A stretch of 64,000 bases of DNA, taken from the NCBI GenBank assembly GCA_943787465.1, contig CALSMN010000003.1, positions 65,093 through 129,092 of the forward strand. Direction: 5' to 3'. The stretch is from an uncultured Bacteroidia bacterium. GTDB lineage: Bacteria > Bacteroidota > Bacteroidia > NS11-12g > UBA9320. The position numbers and the translations under genes are program-made. Positions 9,513 to 19,658 of this stretch are shown here, piece by piece; position 1 is the first letter of the stretch, and each line of letters starts with the position of its first letter. The notes under the pieces are model-generated. The model did not search any database and was not told the DNA's origin. It saw nothing but the letters and a program-made list of their open reading frames with translations.

Positions 9513-10697
9513 TTACCATGGACTTTGACCCTGGTTTAAGTCTAATTCTAAACCATTACTCTTTTTGGGTTCCAGTTTCTTTACCTGAAAATAATTCATA
9601 AATTCTTCCTTATTGTAGGTGTCTACATCCCATTCTTTTATAATTTTCCCTTTAGATATTTGAAGAATTCTAGGGTATGTTTTTCCTTCCAACAATCGTT
9701 TAAATATACCAAAATCGTCAATTCTGAAATGTGGGTCTTTTGTATTTCCTGCTTGAGAAAAGAAATAATTCTGTTCATATTCGGTACCATAATTAATTAA
9801 AAATAATGAGGGTATTTTTGGGGAGGATCTCATAGCATATAAGTCACGGTATACTTCTTGGCAGTGGCTGCAAGTCATGCTAAATAAGCACACAAGAGTC
9901 GTATCATTAGAAACTATAGCAGATTTTGACTCAGGGACGTAACTGAGGAGCGTTTGAATTGTTGGGCTAAGGCGTATTTGCTTTTTTGTTACAGGTATTT
10001 TATCTACTTTATTGTTAGTATCACGTTTCTTTACACCGTTTGATAGGATGTTTTCCTTATTGTTTGTTTCGATTACATTATCTGTATTGGTCAAATCTAT
10101 TTTTGAAGTGTCTTGTATTTCGGTTGAAGATATATCATCCCATAATACAGTCGCAATTTGTTCATCATTGATTATTTCTGATTCATAGGATTTTACACCA
10201 AAACTTAGAGTAAATAAAGTGATGATTCCAATAGATATAGGGGATACCCAACTTTTAAATGACTGTTCTTGATATTTTAACCATGCAAAGAGACCTAATC
10301 CCAATCCTATCCCATTTTTTATAATTGATTCTAAGTTAGTCATGGGCAATACATCACCAAAACAACCGCAGTTTCCAGTGACAAAACCATTCTCTTTTTG
10401 GAGGCTATCATATACTAAATGAATCGTAAAAACCAATAGTGTAAAAAGTGTAGCGGGTAAGGTTATTTTTTTGAATCCTTTGTTTTGAAGTAAAGCAACA
10501 CCAATGAGAAGTTCAATGGTTACTAATATTCGCGTTAGCCATTGTATCCAAAACATACCTTTCGGCTGATCAAAGTAGTTTTCTCCCAAAAAAAGTTCAG
10601 CAACCATCCCATCAAAAAAAGGCATGGAAATAAGTTTACTAATGGCACCGAAAATAAAAAGAAAGCTAAGCAGTAATCGACTTATTTGAACAAGCAT
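9513..10697 (-). CDS. MauE/DoxX-family redox membrane protein with C-terminal thioredoxin-like domain
   Basis: TM helices with NCGCFGD motif; C-terminal CSHC and YP motifs. Confidence 0.75.
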   Translation of the reverse strand: MLVQISRLLLSFLFIFGAISKLISMPFFDGMVAELFLGENYFDQPKGMFWIQWLTRILVTIELLIGVALLQNKGFKKITLPATLFTLLVFTIHLVYDSLQKENGFVTGNCGCFGDVLPMTNLESIIKNGIGLGLGLFAWLKYQEQSFKSWVSPISIGIITLFTLSFGVKSYESEIINDEQIATVLWDDISSTEIQDTSKIDLTNTDNVIETNNKENILSNGVKKRDTNNKVDKIPVTKKQIRLSPTIQTLLSYVPESKSAIVSNDTTLVCLFSMTCSHCQEVYRDLYAMRSSPKIPSLFLINYGTEYEQNYFFSQAGNTKDPHFRIDDFGIFKRLLEGKTYPRILQISKGKIIKEWDVDTYNKEEFMNYFQVKKLEPKKSNGLELDLNQGQSPW

Positions 10698-10734
10698 AGG
10701 TTTACAGGATTTAAAGTAAATTCAACTTTTAGTA

Positions 10735-12144
10735 TTATACAAGATGATTATCAGCTGCTGAAGCCATGGTTAAATCAGCTTGTTTAATGGCTGAAAATCC
10801 TTCTTTGATGTTGACCATATTGTGGTACCCTCTCATTTTGAGTATAGATGATGCTATTACCGAACGATATCCGCCAGCACAATGAATGTAAAAAGGATTA
10901 TCTTTTGGGAACGAAGCAAGCTCTTGATTAATTTGACTCAAACACACATGTTGAGCATCCTTTAAATGTAATGTATCCCATTCTCCTTGTTTTCTAACAT
11001 CGAATACTGGGAACTTGTCTGTCATCCAATCTGAGGCAAATGAATGAGTGGTAATGGTCGGGATAAAGTCAGTTTCACGACCATCCATTTTCCATGCTTC
11101 AAAACCTCCCTCAAGGTATCCAATAGTATTGTCAAAACCAACCCGACTTAATCGAGTAATAACTTCAGCTAATCGATCTTTGTCAGCAACCAATAAAATA
11201 GGTTGCTTTACGTCTTGAATTAGTGCTCCAACCCATGGAGCGAATCCACCATCTATGCCTATGAAAATGCTACGAGGTACGAAGCCTTTTACAAAATCTG
11301 CTTCATTTCTGGTGTCTAAAATTACGGCATTATGCTCTTGGGCTGCTGCTTCGAATGCTGCAGGACTCAGTGCTTTTTGTCCTTTTGACAATACCTCATC
11401 AATGGAGGCATACCCCGACTTATTCATCATTACATTCATGGGAAAATAAGCTGGAGGTGCAGTAAGACCATCTGTTACTTCTTTGATAAATTCTTCACGT
11501 GTCATATCTGCTCGAAGTGCATAATTCATTAGTTTTTGATTTCCAAGGGTGTCAACGGTTTCTTTCATCATATTTTTCCCGCAAGCACTTCCTGCTCCAT
11601 GAGCAGGGTAAACAATGACATCATCTTCCAGTTGCATTATCTTGTTTCGTAAACTATCGTATAAAATTCCAGCCAACTCTTCTTGGGTGATATTAGCTGA
11701 TTTCTGAGCAAGATCTGGTCTGCCAACATCGCCTAGGAATAAGGTATCTCCAGAGAAAATGCAATGGTTTTTGCCATTTTCATCACGCAACAAATAGGTG
11801 GTACTTTCCATGGTATGACCAGGAGTATGAAGCGCTATTATCGTGATATTGCCCAATCTAAACTCTTGTTGATCTGCAGCTATTATTGAAGGATAAGTCG
11901 GATTTGCTAAGGGACCATAAATAATATCCGCTCCAGTTTTTTCGGCCAGGGTAATATGACCACTTACAAAGTCAGCATGAAAGTGAGTTTCAAAAATATA
12001 TTTGATTTTAGCGTTCATTGCTGCTGCCTTGGCAATGTAATTATCTACCTCACGTAGGGGGTCAATAACAGCTACTTCTCCATCACTTTCTATAAAATAT
12101 GCTCCTTGAGCCAAACAATTGGTATAAATCTGCTCTATTTTCAT
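10735..12144 (-). CDS. MBL-fold persulfide dioxygenase-like protein fused to rhodanese domains
   Basis: THFHADF, HTPGHT, SGDTLF, GRPDL; rhodanese HCAGGYRS; TATCTTTG -7 box at 12162-12169 (-). Confidence 0.9.
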   Translation of the reverse strand: MKIEQIYTNCLAQGAYFIESDGEVAVIDPLREVDNYIAKAAAMNAKIKYIFETHFHADFVSGHITLAEKTGADIIYGPLANPTYPSIIAADQQEFRLGNITIIALHTPGHTMESTTYLLRDENGKNHCIFSGDTLFLGDVGRPDLAQKSANITQEELAGILYDSLRNKIMQLEDDVIVYPAHGAGSACGKNMMKETVDTLGNQKLMNYALRADMTREEFIKEVTDGLTAPPAYFPMNVMMNKSGYASIDEVLSKGQKALSPAAFEAAAQEHNAVILDTRNEADFVKGFVPRSIFIGIDGGFAPWVGALIQDVKQPILLVADKDRLAEVITRLSRVGFDNTIGYLEGGFEAWKMDGRETDFIPTITTHSFASDWMTDKFPVFDVRKQGEWDTLHLKDAQHVCLSQINQELASFPKDNPFYIHCAGGYRSVIASSILKMRGYHNMVNIKEGFSAIKQADLTMASAADNHLV

Positions 12145-12246
12145 GGTTAACTAATTTAGGTCAAAGATAAGACGAATAAAATTTTTTCTTTTTAATAAAA
12201 GATGATAAAGCTATCAATTTAGATGATGAGGGAGTTTATTCTTCGT

Positions 12247-12789
12247 TTAAGGAAGCTGATTTATTATTTCCAATTGACTATTGACCCCCTGAGTGATTGA
12301 ATTTACAGAGATCGTAGCACCAGAAATAGCATCAATATTCTGACCTACTTTGAAATAATTTCCTTGCTGAAATTGTTTCAGCCATCCTTTATTGGCTATT
12401 TCATACCCATGATCAGATGTGTATTCTAAAACTTTTACTTGGATAATTTTGTGATTTCTATTCACTAATGTAAGGTAATAAAAATCCTCAAAATTGGATT
12501 CTTCTGAATTTTTGGGGCTACATCCTCCTATTTTACATCCCAATGCTCTAGAAATAATGGCATATCCAATTGCAGAACCGCCTAAACTAGCCTCAAATAC
12601 GTGATGGTCTGGATTCATATGGTCTGTAGATATTTCCTGTGTAAAGGAAACTTCTTTACCCCACAATTTGATCGCTGATTTATTCATTTTATTCAATAGA
12701 TGATTGGGTAAGGGCATGGAAAATTCAAGGCTTGCGGACAACATGATCAGCCCAATTAAATACAAATATTTTATTTGTCGACGGTTCAT
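12247..12789 (-). CDS. Exported FMN-binding domain protein
   Basis: Signal peptide and flavinylation motif DAISGATIS. Confidence 0.85.
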   Translation of the reverse strand: MNRRQIKYLYLIGLIMLSASLEFSMPLPNHLLNKMNKSAIKLWGKEVSFTQEISTDHMNPDHHVFEASLGGSAIGYAIISRALGCKIGGCSPKNSEESNFEDFYYLTLVNRNHKIIQVKVLEYTSDHGYEIANKGWLKQFQQGNYFKVGQNIDAISGATISVNSITQGVNSQLEIINQLP

Positions 12790-13976
12790 TATCTAAACCA
12801 ATAACCTACGCCTAAATTGATCATATTTAACGTATTATTATTTCCATTTATAAAGTGTTGATAGTCTCCCTTTACAACAAAATTGGGGTTTATGAACCAA
12901 GAAATTCCAGAAGTGTAAGCCCAATTTTTATAGTTTGGATTAGCGATTAAGGATGCCGATGTTTGTTGGTGTGTGTCATAATTTGAATACCTAAAAAATG
13001 GGACAACCTTATTTTTGGCATGAATTAATTTGCCTATATTGTATCCAACCTCAGCATAGTATCCGTAAGCAGTTTTACCTAAATCTTGGTTTGTAAAAGC
13101 GTTATATTGACTAGTGTTTGAAAGATTCATCAGTATTAGTTCACCCCTTGCTTCAAAATTCTTTTTTTGAAATCTAAAATCTCCACTGATCATTCGCACG
13201 CCTACGGATGAACTGTCCGCACGACTTTTCATAGATAAACTGTCATCATGTAGGTTGTGGTATAATGATGACTCCGTTTTTCCCCAATATCCGGATAAAG
13301 CCAAGTTTAATCCACGAACTCCATAGTATGTCAAACGACCAGAAACATCTATTCCTGTCATGGTAACTTGCGACCCTTTTTGTCTTGCCCCTCGAATAGG
13401 CTTTTCCCCATTTAATTTTGCTTCATTGTCAAATCCTAAAGGTCCGTTGACAGCATAAAGTTGATAACGCAATCCAATACTGGGGATGTTTCCTGCTACT
13501 CCTGCTCCAATTTCTCTCCAAGTGGTGGGTATAATGGTACTATTGATTAGGGGTCTTTCCACCCCGTTGAAAGTGGTAGGTTCATGATATTCATTAATGA
13601 TACCAATTGGGATTAATAATAAACCCGCTTGAATATTTAGCCATGGTTTTGCCTTATAATTCAAGAAGGCTTGTTCAAGATAAACTTCTTTAATGTGCTC
13701 AATTTCTATTTCGGTTATGAAGGAAGTTTTATTATCAAATTTATATCCAAACAAAAGTACTTGACGATGTACATCCAAACTGCCATTATAACTGGTTTTT
13801 TCTGCCATCGGTTGATTAAAATGAACCTCACCATAAGCAGCAAGTAGAAGATTTCCGTCTTTGCTATCTATGAGTGTTTGAGCAGAGTTTTTTAGTTGAG
13901 TTTTAGAGCTATCTGATAGCTGGGCAAATGATAGATATGGGGAGATTAAGACTATCCAAAACAGTGATTTTCTCAT
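12789..13976 (-). CDS. Outer-membrane porin-like beta-barrel protein
   Basis: Signal peptide; YGEVHFN, EIEIEH, EQAFL, INEYHEPTTF.GVERP, IIPTTWRE motifs; ends GVGYWFR. Confidence 0.75.
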   Translation of the reverse strand: MRKSLFWIVLISPYLSFAQLSDSSKTQLKNSAQTLIDSKDGNLLLAAYGEVHFNQPMAEKTSYNGSLDVHRQVLLFGYKFDNKTSFITEIEIEHIKEVYLEQAFLNYKAKPWLNIQAGLLLIPIGIINEYHEPTTFNGVERPLINSTIIPTTWREIGAGVAGNIPSIGLRYQLYAVNGPLGFDNEAKLNGEKPIRGARQKGSQVTMTGIDVSGRLTYYGVRGLNLALSGYWGKTESSLYHNLHDDSLSMKSRADSSSVGVRMISGDFRFQKKNFEARGELILMNLSNTSQYNAFTNQDLGKTAYGYYAEVGYNIGKLIHAKNKVVPFFRYSNYDTHQQTSASLIANPNYKNWAYTSGISWFINPNFVVKGDYQHFINGNNNTLNMINLGVGYWFR

Positions 13977-13983
13977 GGCACTG

Positions 13984-14017
13984 CAAATTTATTTTTATTT
14001 AGATTAATTAAAAATAG
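13984..14017 (-). promoter_or_regulatory. -7 promoter element with adjacent Fur-like box
   Basis: TAAATTTG at 13991-13984 (-). TTATTTAGATTAATTAAAAATAG (13995-14017) resembles the flavobacterial iron-box palindrome TTATTTAGAnTnAnTCTAAATAA. Confidence 0.55.
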
Positions 14018-14030
14018 ATTTCAAAAAATA

Positions 14031-14636
14031 TTAATCCATTTTTGATAAACAAGCAAAAATAAAATGCTGTTGAGTGTCAAATGGAGTAATATGGGTGTGG
14101 GTTAGCGTTTGATCAATGGTCATCAGTTTACCCCACGTATTCTTGATTTTTGCTTCATCGTACTGAGTGATTTCTATTCCACTGCATTTTAAGGGTCCTT
14201 CGCTTGAAAATGTACCAACGATACCATGGTTTGAATTTTGAGATAATAGATGGGTATATTTATCAATTTCTGATGGATTAGTAAGGAAGTGAAATGCTGC
14301 ACGATCATGCCAAATATCATAGGTTTGATTTGGTACGAAATCAAGAATATCTGAAACGATCCAGTTTATTTTATAGGCCTTATCTCCAAGTCTTTTTTGT
14401 GCTTTTTTCAGTGCAGACTCAGCAATGTCTAAAACAGTTATTTGGGAGTATCCCAATTCTAATAATGCATCCACTAGTAAACTATCTCCACCCCCAATAT
14501 CAATGATTGATGCAGATAAAGGAAGTTTTAGTTGTTGAATTAAATCCACAGATAAAGTTGGATAGGGTTGGGTCCAACTGACTTCTTGAGGGGTTTTGGT
14601 GGTGTAAATTGTTTCCCAATGTTCTTTTTTGCTCAT
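14031..14636 (-). CDS. Class I SAM-dependent methyltransferase
   Basis: HWETIY, IIDIGGGDS, WHDRAAFHFL, GPLKCSG; TACTTTTG -7 box at 14646-14653 (-). Confidence 0.9.
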   Translation of the reverse strand: MSKKEHWETIYTTKTPQEVSWTQPYPTLSVDLIQQLKLPLSASIIDIGGGDSLLVDALLELGYSQITVLDIAESALKKAQKRLGDKAYKINWIVSDILDFVPNQTYDIWHDRAAFHFLTNPSEIDKYTHLLSQNSNHGIVGTFSSEGPLKCSGIEITQYDEAKIKNTWGKLMTIDQTLTHTHITPFDTQQHFIFACLSKMD

Positions 14637-14774
14637 AAGAGGATTCAAAAGTAAAGTTAAATAAAAGAATGATTTTGCTTAATTCGAAATTATAATTTTA
14701 CTGCCAGAATCTATTATTTCTCCTTACACCATTAATTATAAATTAATATATTCGTGAATCACTATTTACATTAG

Positions 14775-17700
14775 ATGAGCGTAACAATCTTAACTTCTTT
14801 TGGCAAACGGTCTATATTTATTTTTTTGTTTTTGGGTGTTATTTCAATTCTTAACGCTCAGATTTCAAATACTAGCCAAATAGATGATTGGGGTGATAAT
14901 GGTCGTCACATTCACCAAACTCATTTAACATCTCTTCAGCTAGGGTTTCGTCAATCCGTGGATTATATTAAATCATTTTTAGAATTTCCTAGAGAACAAA
15001 ATCTTGAGATTCGTCAAGGTCGTGTGAATCCAATGGGAGAATCAATCGTCCGTTTTTATCATACAATTAATAATTATAAAGTAATTGGAAGTGAGATAGT
15101 GGCTCATTTTAATGATGGGATTCTGGTTAGTTTTAATGGAATAGTATATACTCCGAATTCTACTTTTCCATTGATTTCTGAATCCGAAGCATTTGAAAAC
15201 GCAAAGGCTATAACAGGCGGCGAAATATTTACTTGGCAAGATGAACAAGAAGAAGCATTATTAAAAATATGGACTTCGGATAGCAATGCCACTTATTTTC
15301 CAAAGGGGGAGCTAATGTACGTGCCCAAAGATTTAAATTTTATGAATTCTCATTCACTTTGCTTTCGTTTTGAAATCAATGCCATAGAGCCATTAATCAA
15401 AAAAAACATATTTATCCATGCACTAACAGGGAAAGAGTGGGCTCAAGAAAATTTATTACACGATATTGAAGTGCCTGGTATTGCAAAGACAAAGTACAGA
15501 GGAGTTAGATCAATAAAAGTAGACAGCCTAAGTTCATCTAATTTTAGATTAAGAGAGGCCGGCAGGGGGAAAGGAATTGAAACCTATAATATGCGTAAAG
15601 GAACTTCCTACGCAGCGGCAGTAGATTTTACAGATACAGATAATTATTGGGATAATTTCAATGCTAATTTTGATGAAGTTGCAACCGATGCACATTATGG
15701 AGCTGAGGTGACCTATGATTATTTTTATACTAATTTTGGTCGCAATAGTTTTGATGATAATGGAGCTAAAATTAGAAGTTATATTCATTATCGTTCGAAT
15801 TACAGTAACGCTTTTTGGAACGGTTATGTAATGACTTATGGTGATGGGAATGGTACAACTTGGTTCCCCCTTACTAGTGTTGATATTTGTGGTCATGAAG
15901 TTTCTCATGCAGTTACAACCAATAGTGCAGGGCTTATTTACAGTTATGAAAGTGGGGCATTAAATGAATCTTTTAGTGATATTTTTGGAAATGCCATCGA
16001 ATACTTTGCTGACTCTTTAATTTTCAGTTGGCGTATGGGGGAAGACATTACCGCATCCGGGAATGGAATCCGTAACATGGCAAACCCCAATAATTTTAAT
16101 CATCCAGATACGTATAAAGGTAAATTTTGGCACACTGCCCCAACGGATAATGGTGGTGTTCATATCAATAGTGGAGTGCAAAATTATTGGTTTTATCTAT
16201 TAGCAACAGGTCGTTCAGGGACAAATGATAATGGGGATGATTTTGTAGTCGACAGCATAGGGATTTACAAAGCTCAGCAAATTGCCTATCGAAACTTAAC
16301 GACATATTTAACACCTTCGTCTAATTTTAATGAAGCTCGGTATTATGCCATACAATCTGCTGCTGATTTATATGGTCCTTGCAGTGATGAGGTTATTGCT
16401 ACCACTAACGCCTGGTATGCAGTTGGCGTTGGCAGTAGATATGATAGTTCTTTTGTGATTTCTGATTTTGAGGCAGATACTTTGTTTTGTTTCTCATCAG
16501 ATGAAGTTAATTTCATAAACCGTTCAGTTAATGCTAAATCCTATCGATGGACGTTTGGTGACGGAAAAAGTTCTACTTTAAAAAGCCCTAAAAACACCTA
16601 TGGTAGTCAGGGAGATTTTACGGTAAAATTAGTTGCAGAAGGTTGCTTTTTTGGGGTTGAAGATTCGATTGAAAAGGTGAACTACATTACCATTGATTCT
16701 ATTCGGGATATTTGTAAAGCAACACTTCCTTTTCAAGGTACTTGGACAACCTATACGACTTGTAAAGGTTTTATATATGATCATGGTGGAGAATCTAATT
16801 ATGACAATCTAACTAGAGATACCATTACTATCAATTTTGGTTTGAGCGATAGCGTGAGACTTCGTTTTTTAGAATTCTCATACGAAGAAGGATTCGACTC
16901 ATTATACTTGTACGATGGCCCCAACGTTTCTTATCCATTAATTGGAGGATATACTGGGGATTCCTTGCCGAATAAAGGGGAAGCTATTCCAATCAATAAT
17001 GGGGCACTTACGTTACGTCATTTTTCTGATCAATTACTCCATTACTCTGGATACAAAGCTGAGTATATTGCTTATCGGCCACCATTAAGTCTCGATTTAA
17101 CGGAAGATACTACTGTCTGTTTCAAACAAGATGTATGGCTAACTGCATACGGATCTGGAGGAGACGCTGCAGATTATTCATACTCCTGGAACGGTATAGA
17201 TGGATCAGACAGTTTGTTAATCAACCCTACCTCAGATACCGTAATTTACCTCCAATTTGGGGATGCTTGTATGGAGGAATACTTATATGATTCTGTCAGT
17301 ATTAAAGTGCTTGATCCATTAATAATAAATGCAATTCCTGATACTACTCTCTGTTATCTTGAATCGATAGAACTTATCGCCTCTGCAAAAGGAGGTAGAT
17401 CGGCGGATTACATTTTTTCTTGGTTACCTTTTGGAACAGACACAAATTTTTGGGATACATCATTCACCCTTAGCACACCAGTTTCTGTGATTGTTTCGGA
17501 TGGATGTACACCAGAGCATGATACCACTTCCTTTTGGGTGAATGTTAGAGACTCTTTATCACACACTCCAAGCCTTTTGCAACAACTTTGTCAGGGGGAG
17601 TCAACCAATTTAAATCTAGTGCCACAGGGTGGGCTAGGTGTTTATGATTTCACCTATTCTGATGGCTTAAATATAGCCAAGTCATCATCCACTTTATGGA

Positions 17701-19286
17701 ATGTCTCTCCCGTAGGTTCAGGTTCTCATGGGTATTGGATAGCATATTCGGATGGATGTACACCAACTCAAGATACAGCATTTTTTGCTATAGACGTAAG
17801 TGATTCATTGCGGTTAATTCTTACCAATGACACTGCACTATGTCTTGGTCAAGCTATTTTATTGCAAGCTAAAGCATTTGGCGGCGATCCTTCTGGTTAT
17901 CAATTTGATTGGGGTTCAGGGGTATCCTCTTTCGATACATTTCGTGTGAATCCAATTACAACAACCAGCTATACCGTTCGCCTTTCAGATGGCTGTTCTG
18001 TGTATGAACCTCAAAAACAAGTTACAATAACCATTAGAGATCCATTGAAAGTGACGATGCTTGGTAAAGACACAGCTTGCTATGGAGAGATAGTTGATTA
18101 TCAAGCTCAAGTAATCGGAGGCGATACAGCCAATTATTCGTACAGATGGAATTATGGTGCAGGGGATCTTCTAAATTTTAGTATTCCGATTCAGTTTAAA
18201 AGACAACTGATATTGGTTCAGGTCTCGGACGGTTGTAGCATTGCAGAAGCAAGGGATTCTATCATAATGGAAGTTCGGCCTCAACTCAGAATCAACCTAC
18301 CCAAAAAAATAGAGTTATGTGAACAATCCCCTGCTACATTAAATGCTTTGGCAACAGGAGGAATAAAAAGTGCGTATACTTTTACTTGGAACAACGGATT
18401 AGGTGAAGGTCCAACAAAACAAGTGAGTCCGCTTCAATCAACAACGTATATAGTAACATTAACGGATAATTGTAGTGAACCTGTAATTGGTAAAACGTTT
18501 GTTGAAGTAAATCCATTGCCTGTGGTTGATTTTGATTTAACCCCAAATCCTAGTTGTGTTGGTGAGCTACTATATTTTACGAATCAAACAAATGTAGAAC
18601 TTGGGAGTAGATTCTTATGGTTTTTTGGTGATGATAGTACCAGCATTCAAAAAAATCCTTCACACATCTATAGTCAACCAGGACTGTATTCAATCAAATT
18701 AATCGTTACAAATGAATACGATTGTGTAGATTCATTGAAAAAATCAGATGAATTAGAGATTGTACCGCGACCTATAGCTAGTTTCACACAAACCCCCGAA
18801 AAGGCCAATTATTATCAGCCTGATTTTATTTTCACCAATACTTCCTCTTTTGCCACAGGATATAGTTGGGAGTTTGGTGATGGCGAGATCAGTAGCTCTA
18901 TAGATGCCTTTCACAGCTATTCTGATACCGGGTTATACGTGGTTCAATTGACGGCACAAAATGATTTGGGCTGTACGGATACCTATTCAAAAATCATACA
19001 GGTAGAAGATGCTTTTAAATTATTCATCCCTTCCGCTTTTAGCCCGAATGCTGATAATAGGAATGATCAATTTTCTGTGCAATCTCGGGGAGTTCGAGAG
19101 TTCAATATTTCTATATTTAATCGATGGGGAGAGATACTATTTCAATCGACGGATAATACAAAATCTTGGGATGGAACCTATGGAGGTAAAGCGGTCCAAG
19201 AAGGGATGTATTATTATATGCTGTATGGAGTAGATTTCAATAACAATTCTTTTAAAGAAAAAGGCAATATTCTTTTGTTGCGTTAG
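14775..19286 (+). CDS. Secreted M4 (thermolysin-family) metalloprotease with PKD, CUB and Cys-containing repeat domains and a T9SS type B C-terminal domain
   Basis: NAFWNG, HEVSH, GALNESFSD, GGVHINSG; W.FGD PKD motifs; CUB-like segment; FIPSAFSPNADNRND...IFNRWGE...WDG C-terminal domain. Confidence 0.9.
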   Translation: MSVTILTSFGKRSIFIFLFLGVISILNAQISNTSQIDDWGDNGRHIHQTHLTSLQLGFRQSVDYIKSFLEFPREQNLEIRQGRVNPMGESIVRFYHTINNYKVIGSEIVAHFNDGILVSFNGIVYTPNSTFPLISESEAFENAKAITGGEIFTWQDEQEEALLKIWTSDSNATYFPKGELMYVPKDLNFMNSHSLCFRFEINAIEPLIKKNIFIHALTGKEWAQENLLHDIEVPGIAKTKYRGVRSIKVDSLSSSNFRLREAGRGKGIETYNMRKGTSYAAAVDFTDTDNYWDNFNANFDEVATDAHYGAEVTYDYFYTNFGRNSFDDNGAKIRSYIHYRSNYSNAFWNGYVMTYGDGNGTTWFPLTSVDICGHEVSHAVTTNSAGLIYSYESGALNESFSDIFGNAIEYFADSLIFSWRMGEDITASGNGIRNMANPNNFNHPDTYKGKFWHTAPTDNGGVHINSGVQNYWFYLLATGRSGTNDNGDDFVVDSIGIYKAQQIAYRNLTTYLTPSSNFNEARYYAIQSAADLYGPCSDEVIATTNAWYAVGVGSRYDSSFVISDFEADTLFCFSSDEVNFINRSVNAKSYRWTFGDGKSSTLKSPKNTYGSQGDFTVKLVAEGCFFGVEDSIEKVNYITIDSIRDICKATLPFQGTWTTYTTCKGFIYDHGGESNYDNLTRDTITINFGLSDSVRLRFLEFSYEEGFDSLYLYDGPNVSYPLIGGYTGDSLPNKGEAIPINNGALTLRHFSDQLLHYSGYKAEYIAYRPPLSLDLTEDTTVCFKQDVWLTAYGSGGDAADYSYSWNGIDGSDSLLINPTSDTVIYLQFGDACMEEYLYDSVSIKVLDPLIINAIPDTTLCYLESIELIASAKGGRSADYIFSWLPFGTDTNFWDTSFTLSTPVSVIVSDGCTPEHDTTSFWVNVRDSLSHTPSLLQQLCQGESTNLNLVPQGGLGVYDFTYSDGLNIAKSSSTLWNVSPVGSGSHGYWIAYSDGCTPTQDTAFFAIDVSDSLRLILTNDTALCLGQAILLQAKAFGGDPSGYQFDWGSGVSSFDTFRVNPITTTSYTVRLSDGCSVYEPQKQVTITIRDPLKVTMLGKDTACYGEIVDYQAQVIGGDTANYSYRWNYGAGDLLNFSIPIQFKRQLILVQVSDGCSIAEARDSIIMEVRPQLRINLPKKIELCEQSPATLNALATGGIKSAYTFTWNNGLGEGPTKQVSPLQSTTYIVTLTDNCSEPVIGKTFVEVNPLPVVDFDLTPNPSCVGELLYFTNQTNVELGSRFLWFFGDDSTSIQKNPSHIYSQPGLYSIKLIVTNEYDCVDSLKKSDELEIVPRPIASFTQTPEKANYYQPDFIFTNTSSFATGYSWEFGDGEISSSIDAFHSYSDTGLYVVQLTAQNDLGCTDTYSKIIQVEDAFKLFIPSAFSPNADNRNDQFSVQSRGVREFNISIFNRWGEILFQSTDNTKSWDGTYGGKAVQEGMYYYMLYGVDFNNNSFKEKGNILLLR

Positions 19287-19511
19287 AATTGTTTTTTGAG
19301 TTTATGAATGATTTCGTCCAATCCATTTAACTTAATTTCATAAACGGTCTCAAGTTGAATTCCTAGTTTCCCTTTTGGGAATCCATCTTTACGCTTGAAC
19401 CACTCTAGGTAACTTAACTTAGGGGAGATCACAAACCAATTTGCCCGAATATTTACCGAAGGGCATTTTTTGGGTAACGATTTGTTGAAGTATGGAAGCA
19501 TCAGGGAACAT
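19283..19511 (-). pseudogene. Frameshifted DUF3820-family small protein
   Basis: ATG at 19511 reads MFPDASILQQIVTQKMPFGKYSGKLVCDLP*. Another frame continues SYLEWFKRKDGFPKGKLGIQLETVYEIKLNGL. The break is at a TAAGT TAAGT repeat around 19412-19421. Confidence 0.75.
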
Positions 19512-19658
19512 GAATTCAAATACGAATGTACATGCATTTAATAAATAGTAATGGAGTTCTGTGTGTCTTATATTTACCTTGGTGCAATTAGGTGAGAAAA
19601 ATATTTGCTGAATAGTAAATATTATTACTTTTGAAAATAAATCAAAAAACTATTAAAA

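Noticed and set aside
17495-17765. 19-bp exact direct repeat TTCGGATGGATGTACACCA at 17495 and 17747
   Set aside because: The copies are 252 nt (84 codons) apart and in frame, encoding the SDGCTP motif of protein repeats. Not CRISPR, att or DGR.
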